DNA from: Verrucomicrobiales bacterium
Lineage (GTDB): Bacteria; Verrucomicrobiota; Verrucomicrobiia; Limisphaerales; UBA1100
Length of the DNA stretch: 58,693 nucleotides
NCBI GenBank assembly: GCA_038139415.1
Contig: JAYOSV010000001.1
Location: forward strand, 35,743 to 94,435
Direction: 5' to 3'
The notes beneath the pieces are model-generated. The model saw nothing but the letters and a program-made list of their open reading frames with translations, was not told the DNA's origin and did no database searches. Each line of letters opens with the position of its first letter. Positions within the stretch are counted from its first letter, which is position 1. Below, piece after piece: positions 51,223-58,693 of this stretch. The translations under genes and the position numbers were made by a program.

Positions 51223-52623
51223 ATGTTGGAGTTTCTCGGTCAATCCGCTCGCCATTGTGACGGGCTTTCGCGCCGCAGTTTTCTGCGGGCGGGTGTGTTG
51301 GGCGTGGGCGGCTTCACGCTAGCGGATCTGCTCCGCGCGGAAGGTGGCCAGAGCAGCTCGACCAAGGCGGTGATTAACATCCATCTTGATGGTGGCCCGC
51401 CGCAGATGGATATGATCGATCCGAAGCCGGAAGCGCCTGCGGAGTTGCGCGGTGAATTCGCCGGTATCCGGTCCAAGCTGCCCGGCGTGCATCTCACCGA
51501 GTTGATGCCCCGCATGGCGGCGGCGGCGGATCGCTTTGTATTTATTCGCTCGTTGGTTGGTTCGGCCGGCCGGCATGACGGGTTTCAATGTCAGAGCGGG
51601 TATAACATAAAGGAACTTTCTGGAATCGGCGGACGTCCCGCGCTTGGTTGCGTGGTGGATCGATTGCTCGGTTCCAGCGGCAACGCCCCCGCGTTTGTGG
51701 ATCTCATGCAAGGCCGGCCATTAGCTCGCAACAGCGCGCGGCCCGGTTTTCTCGGCCCGGCATACAAGCCGTTCCGGCCGGATATTTCACACCTCTTCAA
51801 GCGCCAGCTGGAAACAGGCATGCAGGGCGAGTTAGCGCGCTTGGGTAAGGATCATCAGGTAAACCTCAAATTGATTGCCGGACTGAACGCCGAGCGGCTG
51901 GATGATCGTGTGGGGTTGCTGCAGCAGTTCGACGGCATTCGTCGCGCGTCCGATAAGAGCGGAATGATGCGCGCGATGGATCGGTTCAATCAACAGGCTG
52001 TGGGCATTCTCACTTCCGGCAAGTTTGCCGATGCGCTGGATCTCACGAAGGAAGATCCTAAAATGCTCGAGCAATACACGCCGCGGCTGAAGCTGGGAGG
52101 CGAACGGTTTTACACCGCAGAAGGGCCGACTTCCGCACGCAAGCTGCTGATGGCGCGGCGACTGGTCGAGGCCGGTGTTCGCGTGGTGAGCGTGAGCATC
52201 AGCGACTTTGACACGCACTCCAAGAATTTCCCCCGGATGCGCAATCTCGTGCCGATCGTGGACCACGCCCTGGCGACGCTGGAGGCGGACCTGCGTTCGC
52301 GCGGCTTGATCAACGAAGTGTTGGTGGTGGCGTGGGGTGAGTTTGGCCGTACGCCCAAGGTGAACAGCAAGGGCGGCCGCGATCATTGGCCGCGCGTCTC
52401 CCCGGCCATCATGTTCGGTGGCGGCATTCGCACCGGTCAGGTGATTGGCGCCACGGACAGGATTGCCGGCGAATGCACCGAGCGCCCGGTTCATTATCAG
52501 GACGTGATTGCCACGATGTACCAGCACTTGGGCTTAAACCCCAACGCCGTGACCGTGGAAGACACCACCGGCCGGCCGCAATACCTCTGCGACACCGGTC
52601 GTCCGATTTTGGAACTTTCTTGA
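51223..52623 (+). CDS. DUF1501 domain protein
   Basis: SRRSFL Tat-like motif, LDGGPPQMDMIDPKP, ARRLVEAGVR, FDTH, GEFGRTP, GRDHWP. Confidence 0.93.
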   Translation: MLEFLGQSARHCDGLSRRSFLRAGVLGVGGFTLADLLRAEGGQSSSTKAVINIHLDGGPPQMDMIDPKPEAPAELRGEFAGIRSKLPGVHLTELMPRMAAAADRFVFIRSLVGSAGRHDGFQCQSGYNIKELSGIGGRPALGCVVDRLLGSSGNAPAFVDLMQGRPLARNSARPGFLGPAYKPFRPDISHLFKRQLETGMQGELARLGKDHQVNLKLIAGLNAERLDDRVGLLQQFDGIRRASDKSGMMRAMDRFNQQAVGILTSGKFADALDLTKEDPKMLEQYTPRLKLGGERFYTAEGPTSARKLLMARRLVEAGVRVVSVSISDFDTHSKNFPRMRNLVPIVDHALATLEADLRSRGLINEVLVVAWGEFGRTPKVNSKGGRDHWPRVSPAIMFGGGIRTGQVIGATDRIAGECTERPVHYQDVIATMYQHLGLNPNAVTVEDTTGRPQYLCDTGRPILELS

Positions 52624-52641
52624 GACCTCTTTTGCCGGCGG

Positions 52642-53553
52642 CTAAATGTGATAGTCGCTGGCTTTTTTCTTTTCAGCTTTATCCAACACGCGCATGTCGA
52701 GGCCGTCGTAAATGACGAGGGAGTGCGGCTTCACGCTGTCCATAATGAACACATTGCCGCCGATGGTGCTGTGGGTGCCGATGATTGTTTCGCCGCCGAG
52801 GATGGTGGCGCCGGGATAAATGGTCACATGATCCTCGATCGTCGGATGCCGCTTGGTGCCGGCGAGTTGTTGGCCGCCCGAAGTGGATCGCGCCCCCAGC
52901 GTCACGCCGTGGTAGAGCTTCACGTGGTTGCCGATTTCGCAGGTCTCACCGACCACCGTGCCGGTGCCGTGATCGATGAAAAAATGATGGCCAATCTGCG
53001 CGCCGGGATGCAGATCCATGCCGGTACGTTCGTGGGCCCACTCGGTCATAATGCGCGGCAGTAGAGCCACCCCTTGTTGATTTAACACATGCGCCATGCG
53101 TTGCACCGAGATGGCTTCCACGAAGGGATAGCTTAAAATGATTTCTTCTTTGCTCTTGGCCGCCGGATCGCCGTCAAAGGCGGCGTCCACATCGGTGGTG
53201 AGCATTTTCCGAACGGCGGGTAGTTGCGCGAGAAATTGCAATGTCATTTTCCGCGCAGTGGTCCGAGGATTAGCCTCAGCCGTATCATTGGGTGGGGCGT
53301 GTGTGAAGCATTTCACTAACTCATCCTCCAGCCGGCCGGCTACAGAATCCATCAGCAGCGCGGTTTCCATTTTGATTTCCGACGAGTGCGTGACCTTGTT
53401 GTCGAAAAACCCGGGAAACAGTAGCGCCAGCAGGTCGGTGGTGAGGCTCACAATACCGCTCTTGGAAGGCAGGTTGGTGCCGTCCAAGTGATTGATTCCA
53501 CCCACGCTGGCGTAGGAGGCGATCAATTGATCCGTGAATTCAGTGATCTTCAC
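52642..53553 (-). CDS. cysE: serine O-acetyltransferase (CysE/EpsC type)
   Basis: GDPAA, DLHPGAQIG..FFIDHGTGTVVGET, KRHPTIED; GTG start preceded by TTGCCT-N17-TTTACT-N6. Confidence 0.92.
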   Translation of the reverse strand: MKITEFTDQLIASYASVGGINHLDGTNLPSKSGIVSLTTDLLALLFPGFFDNKVTHSSEIKMETALLMDSVAGRLEDELVKCFTHAPPNDTAEANPRTTARKMTLQFLAQLPAVRKMLTTDVDAAFDGDPAAKSKEEIILSYPFVEAISVQRMAHVLNQQGVALLPRIMTEWAHERTGMDLHPGAQIGHHFFIDHGTGTVVGETCEIGNHVKLYHGVTLGARSTSGGQQLAGTKRHPTIEDHVTIYPGATILGGETIIGTHSTIGGNVFIMDSVKPHSLVIYDGLDMRVLDKAEKKKASDYHI

Positions 53554-53609
53554 GCGGCGAGTAAACCGCAGGCGCGATGCGAAGGCAAGCGTGCCGCCCA
53601 TGCTTTGGT

Positions 53610-54695
53610 CTATTGGGCGAGTACCCGTTCGATCGCTGCAACGGCATCGGCTGGGGTTATTTCTTTGAGGCACCGGAAATCAATGGGACATTTGCGAAGG
53701 AAACACGGCGAACAATCGGCGGTAGTCCGCAGCAGTTGATGGGGGGAAAGGGGGTTATCAGGAAGGCCAGGGCCGGTGAGGTCCGGGCTCGTGCTGCCGA
53801 AGGGCACGATCACCGGTGTACCGGCAGCGGCGGCGACGTGCATGGGGCCGGTGTCATTGGTGAGTACGGCATCGCAGGCGGCAAGGGCAGAAACCAATTC
53901 AGGTAAGGTGGTTTGGCCGGCGAGATTGGTGTGATGGTCGGCGGGCAGGGCGTCGGCAATCTCCGCGGCGGTGTCCTGATCTCCAGAGCCGCCTAGAAGA
54001 AGCACGTGGGCTTGGCGTTGCTCGATCAGTTGACTGGCGGTTTCGATGAAATGTTCGGTGAGCCAACGCTTGGCAGGGCCGTATTCGGCTCCGGCAATCA
54101 GGCCGATGTAAGGCCGCGGTTTTTCGGTCGGTGAAAAAACAGGCGCGTTTTCACTGCGTTCCAGTTGTGGTGCGAGGGGTTTGGAGCTGGCGCCGAGGTG
54201 TTGTGCGAGGTGCAGGTATTGATGGATGTGATGGGCGGACTCTGGAAAGGTTTGGGGTTTAAGGTGGTTGATGAGCCGGTACTCGATATCAATGGGCATC
54301 CGTTTCTGCATGGGGATGGCCTCGGGGCGAGGCGCAATGGCGTGAGTGAGCAACGGGCTGCGCCAGTTTCCGGAATAGCCGATGCGGCGCGGAATGCCTG
54401 CGTGCCAAGCTTCAAGGGCGGTGCGGAATGAATTGGGCAAAATGAGCACTGCATCGAAATCCTTAGGCTTGAGGCGTTTGCTGATGACAAAAGGCGATTC
54501 TCCCTTGGCGAAGGTGAGTACTTGATCGAAGTGCGCAGTGTGCGCCCAAAGACCAGCGAGTTTTTCGTGGGAGAGCAGGGTGAAGCGCGTCTTGGGCAGA
54601 GCCTCTCGAAGGCGCGTGACGGCCGGCAATGTCATGATGGCATCGCCCAGCCAATTGACGCCGCGGATGAGGAGATTTTGAGGCGTGTCACTCAT
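53610..54695 (-). CDS. waaF: lipopolysaccharide heptosyltransferase II (GT9)
   Basis: NWLGDAIM, LPNSFR, GAEYGPAKRW, NDTGPMH.AAA, FGST, CSPC..KCP...C. Confidence 0.9.
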   Translation of the reverse strand: MSDTPQNLLIRGVNWLGDAIMTLPAVTRLREALPKTRFTLLSHEKLAGLWAHTAHFDQVLTFAKGESPFVISKRLKPKDFDAVLILPNSFRTALEAWHAGIPRRIGYSGNWRSPLLTHAIAPRPEAIPMQKRMPIDIEYRLINHLKPQTFPESAHHIHQYLHLAQHLGASSKPLAPQLERSENAPVFSPTEKPRPYIGLIAGAEYGPAKRWLTEHFIETASQLIEQRQAHVLLLGGSGDQDTAAEIADALPADHHTNLAGQTTLPELVSALAACDAVLTNDTGPMHVAAAAGTPVIVPFGSTSPDLTGPGLPDNPLSPHQLLRTTADCSPCFLRKCPIDFRCLKEITPADAVAAIERVLAQ

Positions 54696-55578
54696 GGGCT
54701 TGCGGGCGGGGTTTCCATCGGTTGTGCACCCAAAACCAATTGGCGGGATCGCGCCGGATGGTTTCTTCCTGAGCCACGATGATATCCCGGGTGATCGCTT
54801 CAGTGGAGCGGCGTTTGCCGTTTTCTCTAACAGGAATTTCCTCGCCCAGCTCAATGGTCCAACGGCCGGGTGAGGTGCGGAAACAGGCGGAAGGAAAAAT
54901 CCGGCATTTGTAACGTTGGGCAAACACCGCGGGCGCGGGGCTGACGGATGTTTCACGACCGAAGACTGGTAGCCAAAGACCGTGCTCGCCGGCGTTTTGA
55001 TCGGCCAGAAGGCCCAACACGATGTGGGGTGTTTTCATGGCAGTCTTGAGCTGCGTACCTCCGGAGCGTCGTTCAAAATACAAGCAACCGGACGCGATGC
55101 GGAGTTCGAGCATGAGCTTAGTTAAGCGTGGTTGACGGAGCGCTCGGTAGGTGGTGGCGGGCTGCGCGGTGGGGGCGCCAAGGTGGAGCCAGGAGAATAG
55201 TTCGAAGTTCCCGTAATGGCCGATGGCGAGAATGATTCGTGCTTCAGGGTCTTCCTGCAAAACGGATTCCAGTCGCTCGTATCCTTCGAATGTGAGGATG
55301 TCTTGGATTTGTTCGGCGTTCATACCGCCGGTTTTTAGTATGCAGGCGTAGGTTTCGCCGAGGCGTTGAAAATGGTGACGAGCCAGTTGGGTGACATCGT
55401 GTTGCGATTTTTCAGGAAACGCGGCGGCGAGGTTTTTCCGGGCGACAGTCCGGTGGCGTTTATCCAGAATCCAAGCCAGCCCGCCTAGACGCCGACCGAC
55501 CCAAGCCAGCGCGCGAAGGGGCAGACAACGGGCGCTGGCGACGATGGTGCGGGCGAGGTAGTAAAGGAACGTTTCCAT
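54688..55578 (-). CDS. lpxL: lipid A late (lauroyl-type) acyltransferase
   Basis: HYGNFE (HxxxxE), LADQ, FG, IRRDPANWFWVHNRWK; between lpxK and waaF. Confidence 0.85.
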   Translation of the reverse strand: METFLYYLARTIVASARCLPLRALAWVGRRLGGLAWILDKRHRTVARKNLAAAFPEKSQHDVTQLARHHFQRLGETYACILKTGGMNAEQIQDILTFEGYERLESVLQEDPEARIILAIGHYGNFELFSWLHLGAPTAQPATTYRALRQPRLTKLMLELRIASGCLYFERRSGGTQLKTAMKTPHIVLGLLADQNAGEHGLWLPVFGRETSVSPAPAVFAQRYKCRIFPSACFRTSPGRWTIELGEEIPVRENGKRRSTEAITRDIIVAQEETIRRDPANWFWVHNRWKPRPQAHE

Positions 55579-56753
55579 TAGCGAAAACAGATTTTGCGGA
55601 CACAATCGTCGAAGTCCTTGGCCCCACTGAGAATCTTGATCTCCACGCGCATATAGAAAATGGGCAGATCGCGTCGGTCGATTTTCGGAAATCGTACGGC
55701 ATCCTTTTGCGTGGTGAGGATGACATCGGCTCGGCGTTTCTTAGCTCGGTTGATGGTGTTCAGAATTTCCTGCTGGTTAAACCGGTGGTGATCGGCGAAA
55801 CGCTTGGTGTAGACGAGTTCGGCACCTTGTTGTAGGAGACTTTGCTCGAAGCTCTCGGGCTGGGCGATGCCGCTAAGAGTGGCCACCTTCTTTCCCTTGA
55901 GCCAGCCGATCTGTTCGCGTTGGTCGGGATTGAAGACATCTTCGAAAAAGAGCGGCCAATGGACGCACTCGATAATGCCGGCGCTGGGGTTATGTTTGCG
56001 GATGCGGGCACGCAGGCCAGCGGTTTCGCCGTCGCTTTTGGTGATGAAGATGGTGTCCGCCCGGCGAATGTGCTCGGGCGGTTCGCGCAGCGTGCCGCGA
56101 GGCAGGAGATGTTCATTGCCGAACGGTTGCTGGGCATCCACGAGCACGATGTCACGTCGGCGGCCGGCGAGTTTCCAGTACTGAAATCCATCGTCCAACA
56201 GCAGGGTATCGCAGCCGAATTGTTCGATGGCGTAGCGCCCGGATTTCACTCGGTCCTTGTCGGTCAAAACGACCACGTCCTTGAGATTGGAGGCGAGCAT
56301 GTAGGGTTCATCGCCCGCATCTTCGGAGTTGAGCAACAGGCTTTTACCATCGGACACCACGCGGGGCGGAACTATCTCATCCTGAAGTAGGAGTTTATTT
56401 TTCCAACGATGCGTGAGTGGCGGTGGTTTGGAGCGATAGCCGCGGGAGAGAATGGCAACCTTGCGGCCCTGATCGGTGAGGACGCGTGCGAACTTTTCAA
56501 CCACTGGGGTCTTGCCCGTGCCGCCTACAGTGAGGTTGCCCACGGTGATAACCTGTACGCCAAGGGGGTGATCGCGGATGATGCGGGCTTCGTACAGCCA
56601 GCGGCGGCCTTTGACGATGATGAGGAACACCTTGGAAAGGCCGAAGAGCACTCCTCGGAGTAGCGCGGCCTTTTTGCCCCGGCGCTCACCGAAGATGACC
56701 TCAAGGGCGAAGGTTTCAAACTGTTCCTGCCAGGCACGGAGGGAATCGCGCAT
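55578..56753 (-). CDS. lpxK: tetraacyldisaccharide 4'-kinase
   Basis: [50 protein letters not shown]. Confidence 0.95.
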   Translation of the reverse strand: MRDSLRAWQEQFETFALEVIFGERRGKKAALLRGVLFGLSKVFLIIVKGRRWLYEARIIRDHPLGVQVITVGNLTVGGTGKTPVVEKFARVLTDQGRKVAILSRGYRSKPPPLTHRWKNKLLLQDEIVPPRVVSDGKSLLLNSEDAGDEPYMLASNLKDVVVLTDKDRVKSGRYAIEQFGCDTLLLDDGFQYWKLAGRRRDIVLVDAQQPFGNEHLLPRGTLREPPEHIRRADTIFITKSDGETAGLRARIRKHNPSAGIIECVHWPLFFEDVFNPDQREQIGWLKGKKVATLSGIAQPESFEQSLLQQGAELVYTKRFADHHRFNQQEILNTINRAKKRRADVILTTQKDAVRFPKIDRRDLPIFYMRVEIKILSGAKDFDDCVRKICFR

Positions 56754-56760
56754 TGGGCGG

Positions 56761-56789
56761 AGAGTGCCAGAGGATTAGGCGTTCTTCAA
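56761..56789 (-). promoter_or_regulatory. sigma70-like promoter for lpxK-lpxL-waaF (leaderless-type)
   Basis: TTGAAG-N17-CACTCT (TG extension), 7 nt before ATG 56753. Confidence 0.55.
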
Positions 56790-57317
56790 GTCGGGGAGAG
56801 ATGGGCCAGATTGTTCCGCCTCGCTCGGTGGCGTGTCCGGGTTGGGGGGCGCGGGCTTTTTCTGAAAATGCGGAGTCGGTCCGGAACGATGTGGCGGGCG
56901 ACCTTTGGGTCGACCGGGTTCCTTATTGAACCGGAAATGGGGGAGATTATCGAAGACGCGCGTTTGTTCCGGGGTGAGTGTGCCGCGGATTTGTTTCTGT
57001 AAATCGCGATGTTCCTCGCGCAGTTGCTCTCGGAAAGGTTCACCAAATTCAAAAATTCGCTGATGACTCTGCTTGGTTAGCTCCCGAATCTGGTTTTTCT
57101 GTTCCTCACTCAACTCAAGGTGGCGATCCAGATAACCGGATGAACGGAAAAAGACGGGCCGCGCTTCCTTGCCGTTGGATTGTGGTTGAAATCTAGAGGT
57201 GCCGTTTTGCGGCGGGGTGGGCGTTTCGGGTGCGTTTTGGCGCGTGAGCAAATGGCCGGTGCCGACTCCACTGCCGAAAATCATCAAAGTCGCTAGAATG
57301 GCTTTCCACTGATCCAT
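56775..57317 (-). CDS. Spy/CpxP-like (periplasmic heavy-metal-sensor-like) protein
   Basis: WK.IL...IF.SG..TG N-terminal anchor, LELSEEQ and LTPEQ (LTxxQ) motifs, P/R-rich tail. Confidence 0.75.
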   Translation of the reverse strand: MDQWKAILATLMIFGSGVGTGHLLTRQNAPETPTPPQNGTSRFQPQSNGKEARPVFFRSSGYLDRHLELSEEQKNQIRELTKQSHQRIFEFGEPFREQLREEHRDLQKQIRGTLTPEQTRVFDNLPHFRFNKEPGRPKGRPPHRSGPTPHFQKKPAPPNPDTPPSEAEQSGPSLPDLKNA

Positions 57318-57326
57318 CAGATCTCC

Positions 57327-57671
57327 TTAGCGATCGAGTGCTGGGGTTTCGATAGCCAACATGACGATGGCCTCAAGGTCCTCATCGGTCGTTTGGGTCT
57401 GGACGGTCAGTGGGGAGGAAGGAGCCGGTTGGGGCTGTGGTCCGGCCGCTTCAGGGCTGTCCAAAACGGCTACAAGAATCATTACTGCCAGACAAGGCAC
57501 CACGGCTCGCCAGAGAGCTTGGCTCCATTGCTGCCAGAGATTTATGGCTGCTTGGGGAGCGGCTTCAATGTGGGCCATGATGCGCTTTTCGAAGGCGTAC
57601 GGAACGTGGTCGACCGGAATTTCCCGCGTTTCAGTCAGCATTTTCCGCAAAATGTCCTCAGATTCCTTCAT
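57327..57671 (-). CDS. putative single-TM anti-sigma factor
   Basis: VPYAFEKRIMAHI cytoplasmic motif then one TM; directly after ECF sigma; start 57671 (alternative 57695). Confidence 0.65.
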   Translation of the reverse strand: MKESEDILRKMLTETREIPVDHVPYAFEKRIMAHIEAAPQAAINLWQQWSQALWRAVVPCLAVMILVAVLDSPEAAGPQPQPAPSSPLTVQTQTTDEDLEAIVMLAIETPALDR

Positions 57672-57683
57672 GTTCTTCTTTCC

Positions 57684-57711
57684 AGACGGTTTCATTTTCA
57701 GGTTCGTTACA
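57684..57711 (-). promoter_or_regulatory. ECF sigma-type promoter at sigma/anti-sigma junction
   Basis: TGTAAC-gaacctgaaaatgaaac(17)-CGTCT, 12 nt before ATG 57671. Confidence 0.7.
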
Positions 57712-57714
57712 GGT

Positions 57715-58290
57715 TTACAGATATTTTTCGGGGTTCAGCCGATCCACAGCTTTCCGCATTTTTTCGCGTGCGCGGTGGGCTTTTACTTTGACGTTCGATT
57801 CGCTGAGGCCGGTGAGATCGGCAATTTCCCGGATCGATTTCCGTTCCAGTTCCAGCAGGATGATGATGTGGCGGTCTTCGGGCTTTAGTTCATCAAGGAG
57901 TTTATCGACCAACGCTCGGGCGGCTTCGCGGTCTGTGTGGGCATGTGATTCCTCGCCCAGATTTTCAAACCAATCGTTTTCCTCATCCGAGAGATCGGTG
58001 GCATTCCATTCGCGGTTACGCTGGTGTTTGCGAAGGAAATCATAGCAAGTGTAGGTGGCCGTGCGCATCAGCCAATGTTCAAACGGGGCTGTGCCCTTAT
58101 AGCTTGAGAGCTTGCTGAAGGCCTTGAGGAAGACGGTTTGTGCAATGTCCTCCACTTCGTTTTCCCGGCGGGCATAGCGTCGGGCGAGGGCGAAGATGCG
58201 TGGCTGATACTTGACCACCAATGGCTCGAAACTGGCCGTGTGCCCATCCAGCACCTCGGCGATCAGTTCTTTATCGGTTGGCTCAGCCAC
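57715..58290 (-). CDS. ECF subfamily RNA polymerase sigma-70 factor
   Basis: region 2 EDIAQTVFLKAF...FEHWLMRTA...CYDFLRK; region 4 SIREIADLTGLSESNVKVKAHRAR; GTG 58290 (alternative ATG 58326). Confidence 0.92.
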   Translation of the reverse strand: MAEPTDKELIAEVLDGHTASFEPLVVKYQPRIFALARRYARRENEVEDIAQTVFLKAFSKLSSYKGTAPFEHWLMRTATYTCYDFLRKHQRNREWNATDLSDEENDWFENLGEESHAHTDREAARALVDKLLDELKPEDRHIIILLELERKSIREIADLTGLSESNVKVKAHRAREKMRKAVDRLNPEKYL

Positions 58291-58326
58291 AGCGGAATTG
58301 TTAACAGGCTCAACGGGTGAACCCAT

Positions 58327-58363
58327 AAAAAAAGCCACCGACACCCAGAGGGCATCGGTGGCT
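58327..58363 (-). terminator. intrinsic terminator of the upstream partial gene
   Basis: AGCCACCGATGCC-ctctg-GGTGTCGGTGGCT followed by TTTTTT on minus strand. Confidence 0.85.
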
Positions 58364-58397
58364 GAATTCATTCTTCGGTCATTCTGTTTGGACCGGT

Positions 58398-58693
58398 TTA
58401 GCGGCGGGGACCCCGGTGACCACGATGCGGCTCAGGTCGACCTTTGGGACTGCCGTGGGACGGGCGCGGGCCACGGGCTTGCGGGCCTTTGGGGCCATGG
58501 CCGGGTTTGTTTCCTTTGCAGCTCGAGCAACCGCTCGGCTTGCCATGAGATTGTTTGCCCCGAATCTGCGGACCTTTCGGGCTAGGACCGGGTTTACCAA
58601 AGTCGTGCCGAGGACCACCCCGTTGCGGACCGCGGGCTTGTGGGCCTTTTGGGCCGTGACCCTGGCTGAATCCTGGGCGAGGTCCTTGCGGGC
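58398..58693 (-). CDS. 3' end of a Gly/Pro/Arg/His-rich protein (partial, starts beyond window)
   Basis: open frame from 58691 to TAA 58398: PQGPRPGFSQGHGPKGPQARGP...GCSSCK...GHGPKGPQARGP...GHRGPRR; followed by a terminator; absent from the ORF track. Confidence 0.65.
   Translation of the reverse strand, partial: PQGPRPGFSQGHGPKGPQARGPQRGGPRHDFGKPGPSPKGPQIRGKQSHGKPSGCSSCKGNKPGHGPKGPQARGPRPSHGSPKGRPEPHRGHRGPRR

Noticed and set aside
58379..58618. 79-aa track ORF
   Set aside because: Overlaps the more plausible G/P/R-rich frame that runs off the window edge

Overview
Gene-dense, GC-rich bacterial chromosome segment, standard code 11. The gene families (DUF1501, DUF3500, sulfatase, PQQ-like propellers, MoxR-VWA cluster) suggest a PVC-superphylum organism, most likely Verrucomicrobiota; this is inference. 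Contents in order: an AT-rich left end (DUF2237, a small ORF plus terminator); SprT; an 8-gene MoxR/DUF58/VWA/ABC operon; a Tat oxidoreductase; a divergent periplasmic module (EF-hand repeat protein and beta-propeller on -, thioredoxin-fold protein, sulfatase and DUF3500 on +); a PHP metallohydrolase; pyc; a partial T2SS/T4P cluster; GT2; a giant AsmA-like protein; an M20 peptidase, two MFS-SpeE-like fusions and DUF3445; MFS; an N-terminal-only carB; ruvB; DUF1501; cysE; waaF-lpxL-lpxK; and an ECF sigma/anti-sigma/Spy-like locus. Main finding: ORFs 18970-19155 and 19171-19974 are in one frame, separated only by a TGA at the W-C position of a thioredoxin fold and followed by a bacterial SECIS-like hairpin. 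This predicts an exported 334-aa selenoprotein with an atypical C-x7-U site. Its operon and the divergent operon each start at an ECF-type promoter (TGTAAC-N16/17-CGTC). The same motif occurs at the ECF sigma/anti-sigma junction and upstream of the secretion cluster, which suggests a selenoprotein-containing envelope regulon. No tRNA, rRNA, CRISPR array or transposase was recognised. All family calls come from motif recognition by eye, not database searches.
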